DNA from: Methanomassiliicoccaceae archaeon UBA113
GTDB taxonomy: Archaea > Thermoplasmatota > Thermoplasmata > Methanomassiliicoccales > Methanomethylophilaceae
Length of the DNA stretch: 56,236 nt
Assembly (NCBI GenBank): GCA_002506175.1
Contig: DAXB01000042.1
Location: 1 to 56,236 of the forward strand
Direction of reading: 5' to 3'
Below the pieces are notes generated by a model. It did not search any database. It was not told where the DNA came from and was given only the letters and a program-made list of their open reading frames with translations. Both the position numbers and the translations under genes were made by a program. The first letter of the stretch is position 1. Each line of letters starts with the position of its first letter. Shown piece after piece: positions 1 through 9,297 of this stretch.

Positions 1-916
1 CAACCGCAGCGATGTCCGATTCGATGTCCCTGATATCCTTTTCTCTGGTGTCAATGTCCTTCTCGGCGGCCCTGACATCCGCCTCGATGATCGCGATGTT
101 GGATTTCTGAGATGCAATGTCCTTCTCTGCATCTCCAATGTCAGCCTCGGCTGATGCGATGTCGGAATTTAGCCTGGCGATATCCGATTCCTTGGTACTC
201 ATCTCTTTTTCGATGTCTGAGATGTCTCCCTGTTTCTCTGCGATATCCTTGTTCGCCGATTCGATATCCCTGTCGATTGTGTTTATGTCATCCTCGATGT
301 CCTCGAGATTGGATGTGGCGTTGCTGCTGTCCTTCTCGATTTGCGAGATCAGGTCGCCTTTGTTCTCGATATCCTCTTCATTCTCTTTGATGAGTCTCCT
401 GGAGGTCCTGATTTCGTCATTTATGGACTCGAGTTTGGAATTCAATGATCTTTCCTGGTCTATGAACTGATTGTCAAGCTCTTTGATGTCCCCCATGAGG
501 TTGGGCATGATCTTTCCACCTGCGACGGAGAAGAACTTGCTCCAGACGCGCTCATCCATGATGGCATCCTTGTCGCAGAGGTCGTATGAATCCATGGCGA
601 ACAGGCTGCGGTAGAACCCTGCGTCAACCTCTTGGAACCATTCTGGGATATCTCCGGAAACGACCATTCCGTCCAGACGGAACGTGCGAGGAGTTCCGTC
701 GTCGTCCACCAGGGATATGGTTCCGTTGTCCGAGACCCTTCTCTCCGGGTAGCATTCGGGGTCGTTGGTAGGTGCGATTGCGTTCCTGATGAATTCCATC
801 GAGGTGGTCTTTCCTGCTTCATTGGGTCCGTAGAAGACATTGAGTCCGTCCCCCAGCTCATAGTCCTTGTTCTCCAGCTTTCCGAAGGAGCCGATATGGA
901 TGGTTGTTAGTCTCAT
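1..916 (-). CDS. SMC/Rad50-like (YhaN/AAA_27-type) coiled-coil ATPase, 5' part only; runs off the window start
   Basis: Manual translation from the ATG at 916: MRLTTIHIGSFGKLENKDYELGDGLNVFYGPNEAGKTTSMEFIRNAI. This has a Walker A motif (GPNEAGKT) and is followed by charged coiled-coil sequence. ATGA overlap with the upstream ORF. Absent from the ORF track because its stop lies outside the window. Confidence 0.8.
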   Translation of the reverse strand, partial: MRLTTIHIGSFGKLENKDYELGDGLNVFYGPNEAGKTTSMEFIRNAIAPTNDPECYPERRVSDNGTISLVDDDGTPRTFRLDGMVVSGDIPEWFQEVDAGFYRSLFAMDSYDLCDKDAIMDERVWSKFFSVAGGKIMPNLMGDIKELDNQFIDQERSLNSKLESINDEIRTSRRLIKENEEDIENKGDLISQIEKDSSNATSNLEDIEDDINTIDRDIESANKDIAEKQGDISDIEKEMSTKESDIARLNSDIASAEADIGDAEKDIASQKSNIAIIEADVRAAEKDIDTREKDIRDIESDIAAV

Positions 917-1221
917 CTCATCTCCCCCATTTTCTGGATGACGAGGGTCGTGGCATCCCCAATGATCGCTTTTAATTCATCTTGGCTCAGGCCTCTGAAG
1001 TAATCCATGTTCTTCGACAGGATTGGATGTTTCTCGATAATCTCGTATATTCTTTCGGGATCCCATTCCTGCATCTCGCGTCCCGTCATCATTACTCTCC
1101 CGATCATATCAGGGGTCGGCTGACCCATAATCTCGGGTTCTGCCACAGGGGCCTTATTAGCCTTTGAACCCGAGGTGTGGACATTCTTCACCTGGGGTTT
1201 CTTAGAGCCTTTCGCTGCCAT
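913..1221 (-). CDS. hypothetical protein (102 aa)
   Basis: ORF 913..1455 trimmed to MAAKGSKK at 1221 to avoid overlap with truD. AT-rich TATA-like stretch at about 1245-1256. Translationally coupled to the ATPase. Confidence 0.65.
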   Translation of the reverse strand: MAAKGSKKPQVKNVHTSGSKANKAPVAEPEIMGQPTPDMIGRVMMTGREMQEWDPERIYEIIEKHPILSKNMDYFRGLSQDELKAIIGDATTLVIQKMGEMR

Positions 1222-1292
1222 GAATTCACGAATGGATTCGCGCTTTATAATTATAGGTAGGGATAGTTCGGAAGCACGGAATAACAGCGATT

Positions 1293-2594
1293 TCAGTAGT
1301 CGCGCATCTCCGATTTCATGTACTCCCTGAGGAGGCATGTGGCATAGTTTCCTTTGGGCAGTGAGAACTTCAGAGTGTAGCTGTCTTCGGAGAATCCGCA
1401 GTCGAGTTTTTTCAGGGGGCAGAGGATCTCCCTCCTGCTCCCCTTCGATGTGCATCTCTGGAGCTCGGGGATGATGAAGTCCTCGTGACGGAGCTTCTGT
1501 TCCTCTATGACCTTCCTCTCGATCTCTCCCATCTCGCCTTCCGCAAGCTCCCCGTCCGAACCGAAAAGAGTGATGGTAACGAATGCCCTTCCGGCTCTGA
1601 CCTGCCTGGTGACGAGGTCGATGTTCTTGGATGTGGTCAGTATCGGGTTCTCGTGCTGGGGGATCTTGTTAGCATCCAGCGGGATGATTATGTCTCCTTC
1701 GACAGGCATGTTCAGAGGCATACCTGCATCCATCCTCCTGCTCAGCATCTCGTTGAAAAGGTATGATTGGTATGCATGTGTGAACATCATCTGGAGGTTA
1801 TTGGGAAGAATCGATATGGCTCCGACCCAGTCCTCCGGGTTTTCGGCGAGCACCCCTGCCATCATCTTCTCGAAAGACATGTTCTCCGGTATGGTCGGCA
1901 TTGCTGCGGCCCAGTCGGTGCAGTTCTCCAGTTCCTTCCTCTTATTCCTGAGTTCCTCTTCCTCTTCGGGTGTGGTGAAGCAGATGTAGGTCTTCACTGC
2001 GCCCTCGATGTCTCCGCGGACTAGCCTCTCCCCGACCAGATGCGTCACCGGTCTGACGGATCCAAATCTCTGTACTCCGAAGTAGTTGGGGAATCCTCCG
2101 GTCTTGCGGATGATCTCGGAATCAGTTTCGACGATTCCCTTGACCTCTTCCATAGATCTGGTGCAGTTCTTGACGGTGATCTCGAACTCGTTTCCGATGA
2201 GGTCACCTATCTGGATAGCACGTGCGCCTCTGTACGGGTTGCTGATCTCGACATCCTTCAGCTGGATCTTGTCTATGAGTCCTGGTTCGCCGTAGAACGA
2301 CATGAGCTGTGTAGTGACGGCTCTTTTGTCTTTGGTCCCGGCGAAACCTATGCGTTCCCTGGACACTCCCATGGAGCGGGACATGATCCTGATGAGGCGG
2401 TTGGTCTCCCAGTTTCTGGAAGTGACGGTGGCTATTGTATAATCTCCGTTGTCTTTCTGTCTGGGTGGGTCAGATATCTCCCTGACCACGAAATCCTCGG
2501 GGAGGGTTTTCAGATGACCTCCGGTACCGTCGGTGTCGCAGAGGTAGTTATGCATCCCTATGCCCGCTTCCGCGGTGTCGCATCTGCGGTACAT
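1293..2594 (-). CDS. truD: tRNA pseudouridine(13) synthase TruD
   Basis: Motifs EDFVVRE, FAGTKDKRAVTTQ, GNEFEIT, PNYFGVQRFG, HAYQSYLFN, FSLPKGNYAT. Start trimmed to 2594. Confidence 0.95.
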   Translation of the reverse strand: MYRRCDTAEAGIGMHNYLCDTDGTGGHLKTLPEDFVVREISDPPRQKDNGDYTIATVTSRNWETNRLIRIMSRSMGVSRERIGFAGTKDKRAVTTQLMSFYGEPGLIDKIQLKDVEISNPYRGARAIQIGDLIGNEFEITVKNCTRSMEEVKGIVETDSEIIRKTGGFPNYFGVQRFGSVRPVTHLVGERLVRGDIEGAVKTYICFTTPEEEEELRNKRKELENCTDWAAAMPTIPENMSFEKMMAGVLAENPEDWVGAISILPNNLQMMFTHAYQSYLFNEMLSRRMDAGMPLNMPVEGDIIIPLDANKIPQHENPILTTSKNIDLVTRQVRAGRAFVTITLFGSDGELAEGEMGEIERKVIEEQKLRHEDFIIPELQRCTSKGSRREILCPLKKLDCGFSEDSYTLKFSLPKGNYATCLLREYMKSEMRDY

Positions 2595-2601
2595 GTGAAA
2601 A

Positions 2602-2847
2602 TCAGTTGGAGTAGTACTTCGCCACTGCTTCGGAAGCCTTCTTGATAGCATCGAGGGGCTTTCCTTTGGAGACCTCGACATGGAGTGCGCGGTCTTTGAG
2701 CTCGGGGTGGCTGTCTATGTACCTAACGAGCTTGACGTTGGAATCTTCGTTCAGCTTCTTCATCAAAGGTGTGATCAACGTGAGGTTGGCGTCTTTGAAT
2801 CCGATTGTCGCTGAGGTCTTGTCCTGCTCGATAAGATAGGTATGCAT
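2602..2847 (-). CDS. rpoL: DNA-directed RNA polymerase subunit L (Rpo11)
   Basis: 81 aa with the Y-x-x-x-HP motif (VRYIDSHPE) and C-terminal KPLDAIKKA helix typical of RpoL. Confidence 0.8.
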   Translation of the reverse strand: MHTYLIEQDKTSATIGFKDANLTLITPLMKKLNEDSNVKLVRYIDSHPELKDRALHVEVSKGKPLDAIKKASEAVAKYYSN

Positions 2848-2902
2848 ACCCGTGTGATTGGTACGTTTATAATAAGCCTTACGGTCGGACGCCTATTCGA
2901 CG

Positions 2903-4261
2903 TCATAGCAGAGCGGCCATGTATATGGGGATGTACAGGATCTCGCCATCCTCACGGAGATCCTTTGAGTGGATCACGATAGGCTGAGTCACTCTTCTTT
3001 TGTATTTCTTGACGAACTCATCGAGAGACGAATGTCTGCTGGACGATGATGATTTGACTTCTATGGGTTTGATTTTCATTCCTTCGGTGAATAGGAAATC
3101 GACTTCGTGAACACGGTTGTTTCCATTCGTGTAGAACTCATAGAAGAACAGTTCGCGGCCAGACGATACCAGGTTTTGTGCCACCGAGTTCTCGAACAGC
3201 ATCCCTTCGTTTATCGAAAGTTTGTCCTTCATGAATGCTGTTGCAACTTCGGCACTGCTCAATACGTTATTCTCGGCGGACAGAGTCATTAGCAACCCCG
3301 TATCCATCAGGTAGCATTTGAAGGAACAATCATCTAGATCCAGTTTCAGCATGATGTTCGGATCTGTGCTTCTGCGACAGATGTTGCATATGAATGCCTC
3401 TTTAAGCCACATCACGCTGTCATAGTAATCTCTGCTGGATGTGGATTTTTTGATTGTTCCTGGACGGAATATCTTGCGATGATGCGACAGCAATGACGGT
3501 ATGTTTTCGAATACGAGCTGTGCTTTGGTCCCATTCCCCACTGGTATTTTACCCATATCGTCTCTGTACAGTTTTATGATCGACTGTTTGACGGATTCGA
3601 CCTCAGACATGTCTTTTGTGGAATAGTATTTGAAAACGGCCTGAGGCATCCCGCCTACAATCATGTATGTTTTGTATTTCTCCATGATATTCCTGTGGAT
3701 TATCTGTCCTAAGGGTTCGTGGTTGCAGAAGTGTTCCCTTATGATGTTGAATGTTATTTCATCGTCTCCGGCCCAGCAGAATTCCTCAAAACCCATAGGA
3801 TTCATAACGATGTGCAGTTCTTCAGACGGAATCAGTATGTTTTCTACGTTCTTACGGATCGAGATGAGTGAACCCGTTTCAATGTAGTCGTACCTTCCAT
3901 CCTGGACCAGTTGTTTGATCAGCTGTCTAGCCTTGGGATAGAATTGGACCTCATCGAACACGATTAAGCTCTTGCGTTCTGCCAATGTCACACTGTATAT
4001 CGCCTGGAGATGGTAGAACAGGGAGTCCAGGTCTGTATGGTATTTTTCGAATGCAACAATCGTGTCATTCAGAGGGTTTGAAAAATCGATGATCAGGCTT
4101 GATTCATATTCTGCATCCGCAAATGCTTTGACTATTGTGCTTTTTCCTACGCGCCTTGCACCTTCAATCAGCAACGCATATTCTCCATCTTTTCTCTTCC
4201 AATCAAGGAGATCTTGGTAAATCTTGCGTCTGAACAGCGTTTGATTGTCCGATGCCCTCAT
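2903..4261 (-). CDS. AAA_14 + DUF4143 ATP-binding protein with C-terminal PD-(D/E)xK-like domain
   Basis: Walker A GARRVGKS, Walker B IVFDEVQ, ETGS, GGMP, YLMDTGLL, EVDF..PIEVKS. Visibly more AT-rich than its neighbours. Confidence 0.9.
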   Translation of the reverse strand: MRASDNQTLFRRKIYQDLLDWKRKDGEYALLIEGARRVGKSTIVKAFADAEYESSLIIDFSNPLNDTIVAFEKYHTDLDSLFYHLQAIYSVTLAERKSLIVFDEVQFYPKARQLIKQLVQDGRYDYIETGSLISIRKNVENILIPSEELHIVMNPMGFEEFCWAGDDEITFNIIREHFCNHEPLGQIIHRNIMEKYKTYMIVGGMPQAVFKYYSTKDMSEVESVKQSIIKLYRDDMGKIPVGNGTKAQLVFENIPSLLSHHRKIFRPGTIKKSTSSRDYYDSVMWLKEAFICNICRRSTDPNIMLKLDLDDCSFKCYLMDTGLLMTLSAENNVLSSAEVATAFMKDKLSINEGMLFENSVAQNLVSSGRELFFYEFYTNGNNRVHEVDFLFTEGMKIKPIEVKSSSSSRHSSLDEFVKKYKRRVTQPIVIHSKDLREDGEILYIPIYMAALL

Positions 4262-4305
4262 ACAGATTATCAGGAAGTACACATATTTATGTCTTCCAGA
4301 TAATT

Positions 4306-4387
4306 TTCCCACCAAACTTTTTTGTGGTTTTATACAGATTCCCACCAAACTTTTTTCGTGATTTTATACAGATTCCCACCAAACTTT
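4306..4387. repeat. about 2.5 tandem copies of a 33-34 bp unit (TTCCCACCAAACTTTTTT..GTG.TTTTATACAGA)
   Basis: Units at 4306-4338 and 4339-4372, with a partial copy at 4373-4387. Confidence 0.9.
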
Positions 4388-4394
4388 CGGAGCA

Positions 4395-5165
4395 TCAACG
4401 CAGGAAATACCTCATGACTTTATCTGTATCGGTGACGGTTTTCATCGAAGAAATGTCATCGATCGAAGCCCATGTGAATGCTTCATTCTCCTCGTTGAGG
4501 ATAGGTTCCTTTCCTTTGGAATCGAAATGGAACGGATACACTTTGAAAAGAGTCTTCCCCTCGCGAACATACAATGGATCCATGTTACCGATGGGTTCTC
4601 CGACCTCTATGGAAGTCTCTTCCATGATCTCCCTCCTGGCAGCCTCTTCCGGAGATTCTCCTTCCTCGATCTTCCCTGCGACCAGAGACCAGTGTCCCGG
4701 ATACGAACGGTTGCTCTCTGGACGTTTCAGGAGGATGCATCTCCCGCCTGTGGACACAACAGATGAAACGATCTCCTTGAAGGATATGCCCTCGATGTCG
4801 ATTGTTCCGTTGTCGGCATCCACGGTGACGATGTCCCCATCCTCGAAAAGTCTGATGGACGGGATCTGATCCACCATAGGAATCGATGATATGACTGCAC
4901 CAGTGGCCACGATGACCTCCGCGGACTCGTTGATGACCGCGGCAGGCTGTTTGCCGTGCACCTTGAGGTCGTACATGACGAAGGAACCGACCGTGCTCCC
5001 CTTCCCTTTGGGGAATACAAGAATCTTGCCGGCGACGTTGCCGCCCTTGACGTTGATATCCCCTGTGGATCCGTTCACCCCTCCGAGGAAGCTAAGTGGT
5101 TCGTCTATCTTTATTACCTCTCCCTTGGCTTTGCCAGGCGATATGGTGCGTCCTTCGAAGATCAC
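4395..5165 (-). CDS. phosphomevalonate dehydratase small subunit (AcnX swivel, DUF126) fused to a Nudix hydrolase
   Basis: N-terminal PLSFLGGV..GKILVFPKGKGSTVGS..PAAVI (DUF126). C-terminal Nudix box GKIEEGESPEEAARREIMEET. The GTG start overlaps the stop of the large subunit. Confidence 0.88.
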   Translation of the reverse strand: MIFEGRTISPGKAKGEVIKIDEPLSFLGGVNGSTGDINVKGGNVAGKILVFPKGKGSTVGSFVMYDLKVHGKQPAAVINESAEVIVATGAVISSIPMVDQIPSIRLFEDGDIVTVDADNGTIDIEGISFKEIVSSVVSTGGRCILLKRPESNRSYPGHWSLVAGKIEEGESPEEAARREIMEETSIEVGEPIGNMDPLYVREGKTLFKVYPFHFDSKGKEPILNEENEAFTWASIDDISSMKTVTDTDKVMRYFLR

Positions 5166-6337
5166 ATTACCATCTCCATGAGCGCCGAGATGTCCCTGCA
5201 CATCGCTTTCTGGGAGCACAGGGTCGGGAGGTAGTTGCCTGCCTTCGCGGAGTTCGTACCGGTCCTTTCAAAGGATCCTTCGATGGGTGCGACTACCATG
5301 CATGTATCTGCGAGGACGGGTCCGAACCTCTCCATGATTCTCACGTCATCTGGACACTTATCTCTGATGGCCGCGGACGTGCAGAACCAGATCTCGATAT
5401 CCTTGTTCCTCTTCTCCTTGCCTTTGAGGAACGATGCGATCTGATGCATCTCCTTCTCCGTCAGATGCGGACACCCGATGGCGATGAGCTGGATGTCATC
5501 CGTCTTGTTGAGTTTGTCGTAGGCGTTCTGCAGTTCCTGTTTCCCGATATGGATCGTCTCCAGATCCGATACATCGAAGTTCTTCGCTTCGGGCGTCACT
5601 CCTTCCGCGTGGTACAGGGCCACGGAGCCAGATGCGGCCATGGCCGCTGACAGGGTCTTGGCCTCCTCCACTTCCGGCCTGATGTTCCTGAAGTACGGAA
5701 CGCCGGAACCTATCGCCATTCCGACCGCCTGGCCGAGCAGAGAGTATGAGAAAATGGATCCATCGATGTCCGCGTCGATGACTGCCGTCGGCTTCCTGTT
5801 CTCGTCAAGGTGGAGTCCGTAGTTGGCCGTCTTTCCCAGGATGGCGGCGGCCAATGCTCCCGGTCCGCCCTCCCTGTTGGTCCTGGCTCCGATGAAAGAA
5901 TTGACGAAGCTCAGGGCGGACGATTCCGCCCATGCTACGTGATCTTTGAATTTGGGTACGTTGGGTCCGACATACGGTGTGCACGAGCATGTTGTCTTGA
6001 CACCCATCTTACCGTACAGCTCGATTATGCGGTTCTGCTTCTCCGCGAACTCCTCTGTGATGTGCATCTCCTTCCATCTGGTCCTGTCCATTCCGACCGG
6101 ATTCAGTGTGGAATTAACAGATACCTTGGCGTTCCCGGAGACCATGTCCTCCAGATACTTCAGTCCGCCGTCGCCGATGGTCTTGTAGGATGCTCCGGAA
6201 AGATGTGCCGACGTTATGTCGATCAGGTTCTCCGCGCCGTAAATCTTCCCCAGCGCTGTGATCAGCTCCATCGCCTTCTGCTTCCCTTCTCCTTCCTCTC
6301 CGTTGAGGACGGCCAACTCGGCCCTTGTCAGATCCAT
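5162..6337 (-). CDS. phosphomevalonate dehydratase large subunit (aconitase X, DUF521)
   Basis: Motifs AHLSGASYKT, TLNP, CSCTPY, WAESSA, GARTNREGGP, IGCPHL, DTCMVVAP, TNSAKA. Confidence 0.9.
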   Translation of the reverse strand: MDLTRAELAVLNGEEGEGKQKAMELITALGKIYGAENLIDITSAHLSGASYKTIGDGGLKYLEDMVSGNAKVSVNSTLNPVGMDRTRWKEMHITEEFAEKQNRIIELYGKMGVKTTCSCTPYVGPNVPKFKDHVAWAESSALSFVNSFIGARTNREGGPGALAAAILGKTANYGLHLDENRKPTAVIDADIDGSIFSYSLLGQAVGMAIGSGVPYFRNIRPEVEEAKTLSAAMAASGSVALYHAEGVTPEAKNFDVSDLETIHIGKQELQNAYDKLNKTDDIQLIAIGCPHLTEKEMHQIASFLKGKEKRNKDIEIWFCTSAAIRDKCPDDVRIMERFGPVLADTCMVVAPIEGSFERTGTNSAKAGNYLPTLCSQKAMCRDISALMEMVM

Positions 6338-6456
6338 GCATGCAGGATGGAGCATCCGATAAATATGGGTGAGGGAACGTCAATCATCGAACTCTTAGCG
6401 ATTTTTACTTCCGTGTTTCAAAAGACGTAAAACGAAAACGTGCATAACCTCGATTC

Positions 6457-6741
6457 ATGTCAATAGGGATATTCGAGGCGGCCATGCTCATCTGCTTCGC
6501 GGCGTCTTGGCCGTTCAATTTAAGAAGGGCATACAAGGCCAGGACGAATGTGGGGACGAGCATAGCGTTCATGTCGATCGTCTTGGTGGGATACCTCTGC
6601 GGTATCGCGAACAAGATAGTGAACGATGACATCAGCTACGTATTCGCATTCTATCTGCTTGATTTGGCTTTGGTCTCGACCGGGGTTCTGATCTATCTCA
6701 GGAACAGGAAACTCGACAGGCAGGCAGATAGAACCATATGA
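6457..6741 (+). CDS. small PQ-loop/SemiSWEET-like membrane protein
   Basis: 94 aa, three hydrophobic helices, CFAASWP..L.RAYKART motif. Confidence 0.7.
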   Translation: MSIGIFEAAMLICFAASWPFNLRRAYKARTNVGTSIAFMSIVLVGYLCGIANKIVNDDISYVFAFYLLDLALVSTGVLIYLRNRKLDRQADRTI

Positions 6742-6786
6742 CCCGCTACAGCGCACTTATTAAGTAATGACTTGATTCGTACCCCG

Positions 6787-8595
6787 ATGGAAACCTTAGA
6801 GCAGTTGATTTCCAAGGCCGAGGCGGGGGACGTGCAGTCCTGCTTCGAGCTTGGGCAGAGGTTCGCTATTGGCGAAGGCACTGAACAGAACGATGCTACC
6901 GCTTACGGCTGGTACCTGAAGGCGGCCATGCTTGGCCACCCGATGGGGGAGTTCGTCGTGGGCACTTGTTACAACAACGGCATCGTAGCGGAGCAGGACG
7001 CCGATGAGGCGAACATGTGGTTCGTCCGTGCGACACTGAAAGGTGACATGGGATCCTACCTCACTCAGCTCAACTATTACAAAACGCACGAAACACCGGA
7101 TGACGGTGCAGTTTTCCAATACTTTTCCAACAAGGCCGGGGAGGATGCGGATGCCGCATACGTCCTGGGCAGGCTGTACGAGCTGGGGGTCGGCACACCG
7201 TTCGACCCAGTCAAAGCATACGAATCCTACGTGAAGTCCAAGGAGCTGGGAAGCCTCTACGGCGAGTACCAGGTCGCGCTCTGCGTCCTGTTCGGGACCG
7301 GAGTCGAGAGGGACCGTGCCGAGGGAGCCAAGCTCATGCAGGCCCTCGTCGACAAGAAGTTCCCGCTGGGATACCTCGGATTGGCCAGATGCTACGAGTT
7401 CGGATTCGGAGTCGAGCGCAGCCACGAGAAGACCTTCGCTCTGTACGATGAGCTCGCGGGTCTCGGATACGTAGAAGGCATGTACCAGATGGGAAGATGC
7501 TACATGGACGGCATAGGGGTCGCCAAGGATGGCAACTTCTCCAGCGCATGGTACACCGCAGCGGCCCTCAGGGGTTCGCGCGACGGTATGTACGGATTGG
7601 CCAGATGCTATCTCGGAGGCGTCGGCGAGGACAAGAACAAGGACCTCGGACTGGCGATGCTCGAGAAATCCGCGGAACTGGGGCAGACCGATGCCATGAT
7701 CATGCTCGGACAGCTGTACGCCAAAGGCAAGCAGGTGCCCAAGAACACGCAGAAATCCGCAGAGTGGTTTAAGATCGCCGCGGACATGGGCGACGGATAC
7801 GCGCAGTTCGTGACCGGAGACAACTATGCAGAGGGAACCGGATTCAAGAAGGACCCGAAGACCGCGTTGGAATACTACAGGAAGTCCGCAGCGCACGGCA
7901 ACACCGTCGCATGCTACAACATCGGAACGGCATACTCCGTCGGAAAGGGAGTGTCCAAGGACGATGCGAAGGCGTTCGACTGGCTGAACCGCGCCGCGGA
8001 GGACAACTTCATGAAGGCCATGTTCTCGGTCGCCGAGGCCTATTCGAAGGGCAGAGGCACCAAGAAGGACAACGAGAAGGCCTTCGAGCTGCACCTCAAA
8101 TTGGCGGAGAACGGATTCGGAAAATCACAGTACCATGTCGGATACTCCTATTTTGAGGGTGTCGGCACGGCGAAGAATGACAAGCTCGCATTCGAGTGGT
8201 TCTCCAAGGGGGCCGAGAGCGGAAACGTGCTCTGCCAGTATTATACAGGATACTGCCTGGCTAACGGAATCGGAACCAAGACCGACGAGAAGAAGGCGGT
8301 AGTCTGGTACACCCGCGCCGCGGAGCAGGGACACACACTGTCCAGGGAGATTGTGGAGGGAGCGACCGGCAAGAAGATTACCGTGAAGGGTGACGAATCG
8401 CCGTTCCAGTCGTATTTGTTCTCTGCCAACAATGGGGATCCGGATGCGATGTTCATCGTCGGACGCTGCTACCTCGACGGAGTGGGGACTGAGAAGGATC
8501 CCGAAGAGGCCAAGAGATGGTTCAACAAGGGGGCCGCAGGTGGCAACCTCGCATCCAAGAGGGCTCTACTCCAGATGAGGAACGCGAAGCAGTGA
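6787..8595 (+). CDS. Sel1-like (SLR) repeat protein
   Basis: Many ~36-aa repeats of the form LG.xY..G.G...D...A..W...AA..G. Confidence 0.95.
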   Translation: METLEQLISKAEAGDVQSCFELGQRFAIGEGTEQNDATAYGWYLKAAMLGHPMGEFVVGTCYNNGIVAEQDADEANMWFVRATLKGDMGSYLTQLNYYKTHETPDDGAVFQYFSNKAGEDADAAYVLGRLYELGVGTPFDPVKAYESYVKSKELGSLYGEYQVALCVLFGTGVERDRAEGAKLMQALVDKKFPLGYLGLARCYEFGFGVERSHEKTFALYDELAGLGYVEGMYQMGRCYMDGIGVAKDGNFSSAWYTAAALRGSRDGMYGLARCYLGGVGEDKNKDLGLAMLEKSAELGQTDAMIMLGQLYAKGKQVPKNTQKSAEWFKIAADMGDGYAQFVTGDNYAEGTGFKKDPKTALEYYRKSAAHGNTVACYNIGTAYSVGKGVSKDDAKAFDWLNRAAEDNFMKAMFSVAEAYSKGRGTKKDNEKAFELHLKLAENGFGKSQYHVGYSYFEGVGTAKNDKLAFEWFSKGAESGNVLCQYYTGYCLANGIGTKTDEKKAVVWYTRAAEQGHTLSREIVEGATGKKITVKGDESPFQSYLFSANNGDPDAMFIVGRCYLDGVGTEKDPEEAKRWFNKGAAGGNLASKRALLQMRNAKQ

Positions 8596-8604
8596 AACTT
8601 TTCA

Positions 8605-8620
8605 GAGGGGGAGACCCCTC
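8605..8620 (+). terminator. GC hairpin after the Sel1 gene
   Basis: GAGGGG-GAGA-CCCCTC shortly after the stop, preceded by AAACTTTT. Confidence 0.55.
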
Positions 8621-9077
8621 ATTTCTATCCGATTTCATCCATCTAGATTGCATCGAGCCCATTGTCATTTCTTCTGTTTGTGGTATGTTTATCAAACAAT
8701 TATGGACATCAATGCGGAATATCGAGTATGTTTGTGTAAGTTTTATGTTTATTAAATTGTAACCCTTTTGTCAAAGAAATATAGACGTCTTGTAAACACG
8801 CTATTGTCAATGTGGTGGAGGTATTCATCCCGGGAAAGAACGGCAAATCACTCTTCGCCAAAGACATGGACAAACTGGCAGCCGTATCGTACTGATTGTG
8901 ATTGTCGCTCTGCTTGTTCTTGCGAAGAAGAAGTCTCAAAGCATTTAATAACAAACAGCGGTCCTCCGGGGTCGCCTCTTTTTTTCTTTCGTTACGTCTG
9001 ACGAGTAACTTAGCATTAACATAAGATGAAAAGGATTTAGACAGCTTTCACTGCCTAAGAATCAGGTTTATTCGGAT

Positions 9078-9179
9078 TCATCTGAGCAAGAAGATGATTC
9101 CGACAATGACGATGACAGCGAATGCAACGAAAGGCATTGCGTTGACGATCTTGTCCTGGGTTGAGATCTTACCCTGCAT
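9078..9179 (-). CDS. 33-aa single-helix membrane peptide
   Basis: MQGKISTQDKIVNAMPFVAFAVIVIVGIIFLLR. TATA-like TTTTATAG (9201-9208, minus strand) lies about 22-29 nt upstream. Confidence 0.6.
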   Translation of the reverse strand: MQGKISTQDKIVNAMPFVAFAVIVIVGIIFLLR

Positions 9180-9297
9180 GATGATGGAATATCATTCGTT
9201 CTATAAAACGTGAATCTCTGTAGCAAATCGGATGGACGTATAATGCATGCTGTGGCGCTGTCAGATAGCCTTTATAGTGTATGTTTACATTTGATAC

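Noticed and set aside
460-861. 133-aa minus-strand ORF in the track
   Set aside because: Wrong frame; the frame starting at 916 carries the Walker A motif.
4306-4387. Possible mini CRISPR array
   Set aside because: The units are tandem with no unique spacers, and no cas genes are in the window.
6796-8094. 432-aa minus-strand ORF
   Set aside because: Antisense shadow of the Sel1 gene.
8709-9001. 77-81 aa ORFs on both strands
   Set aside because: Non-ATG starts, atypical composition and overlap with a terminator.
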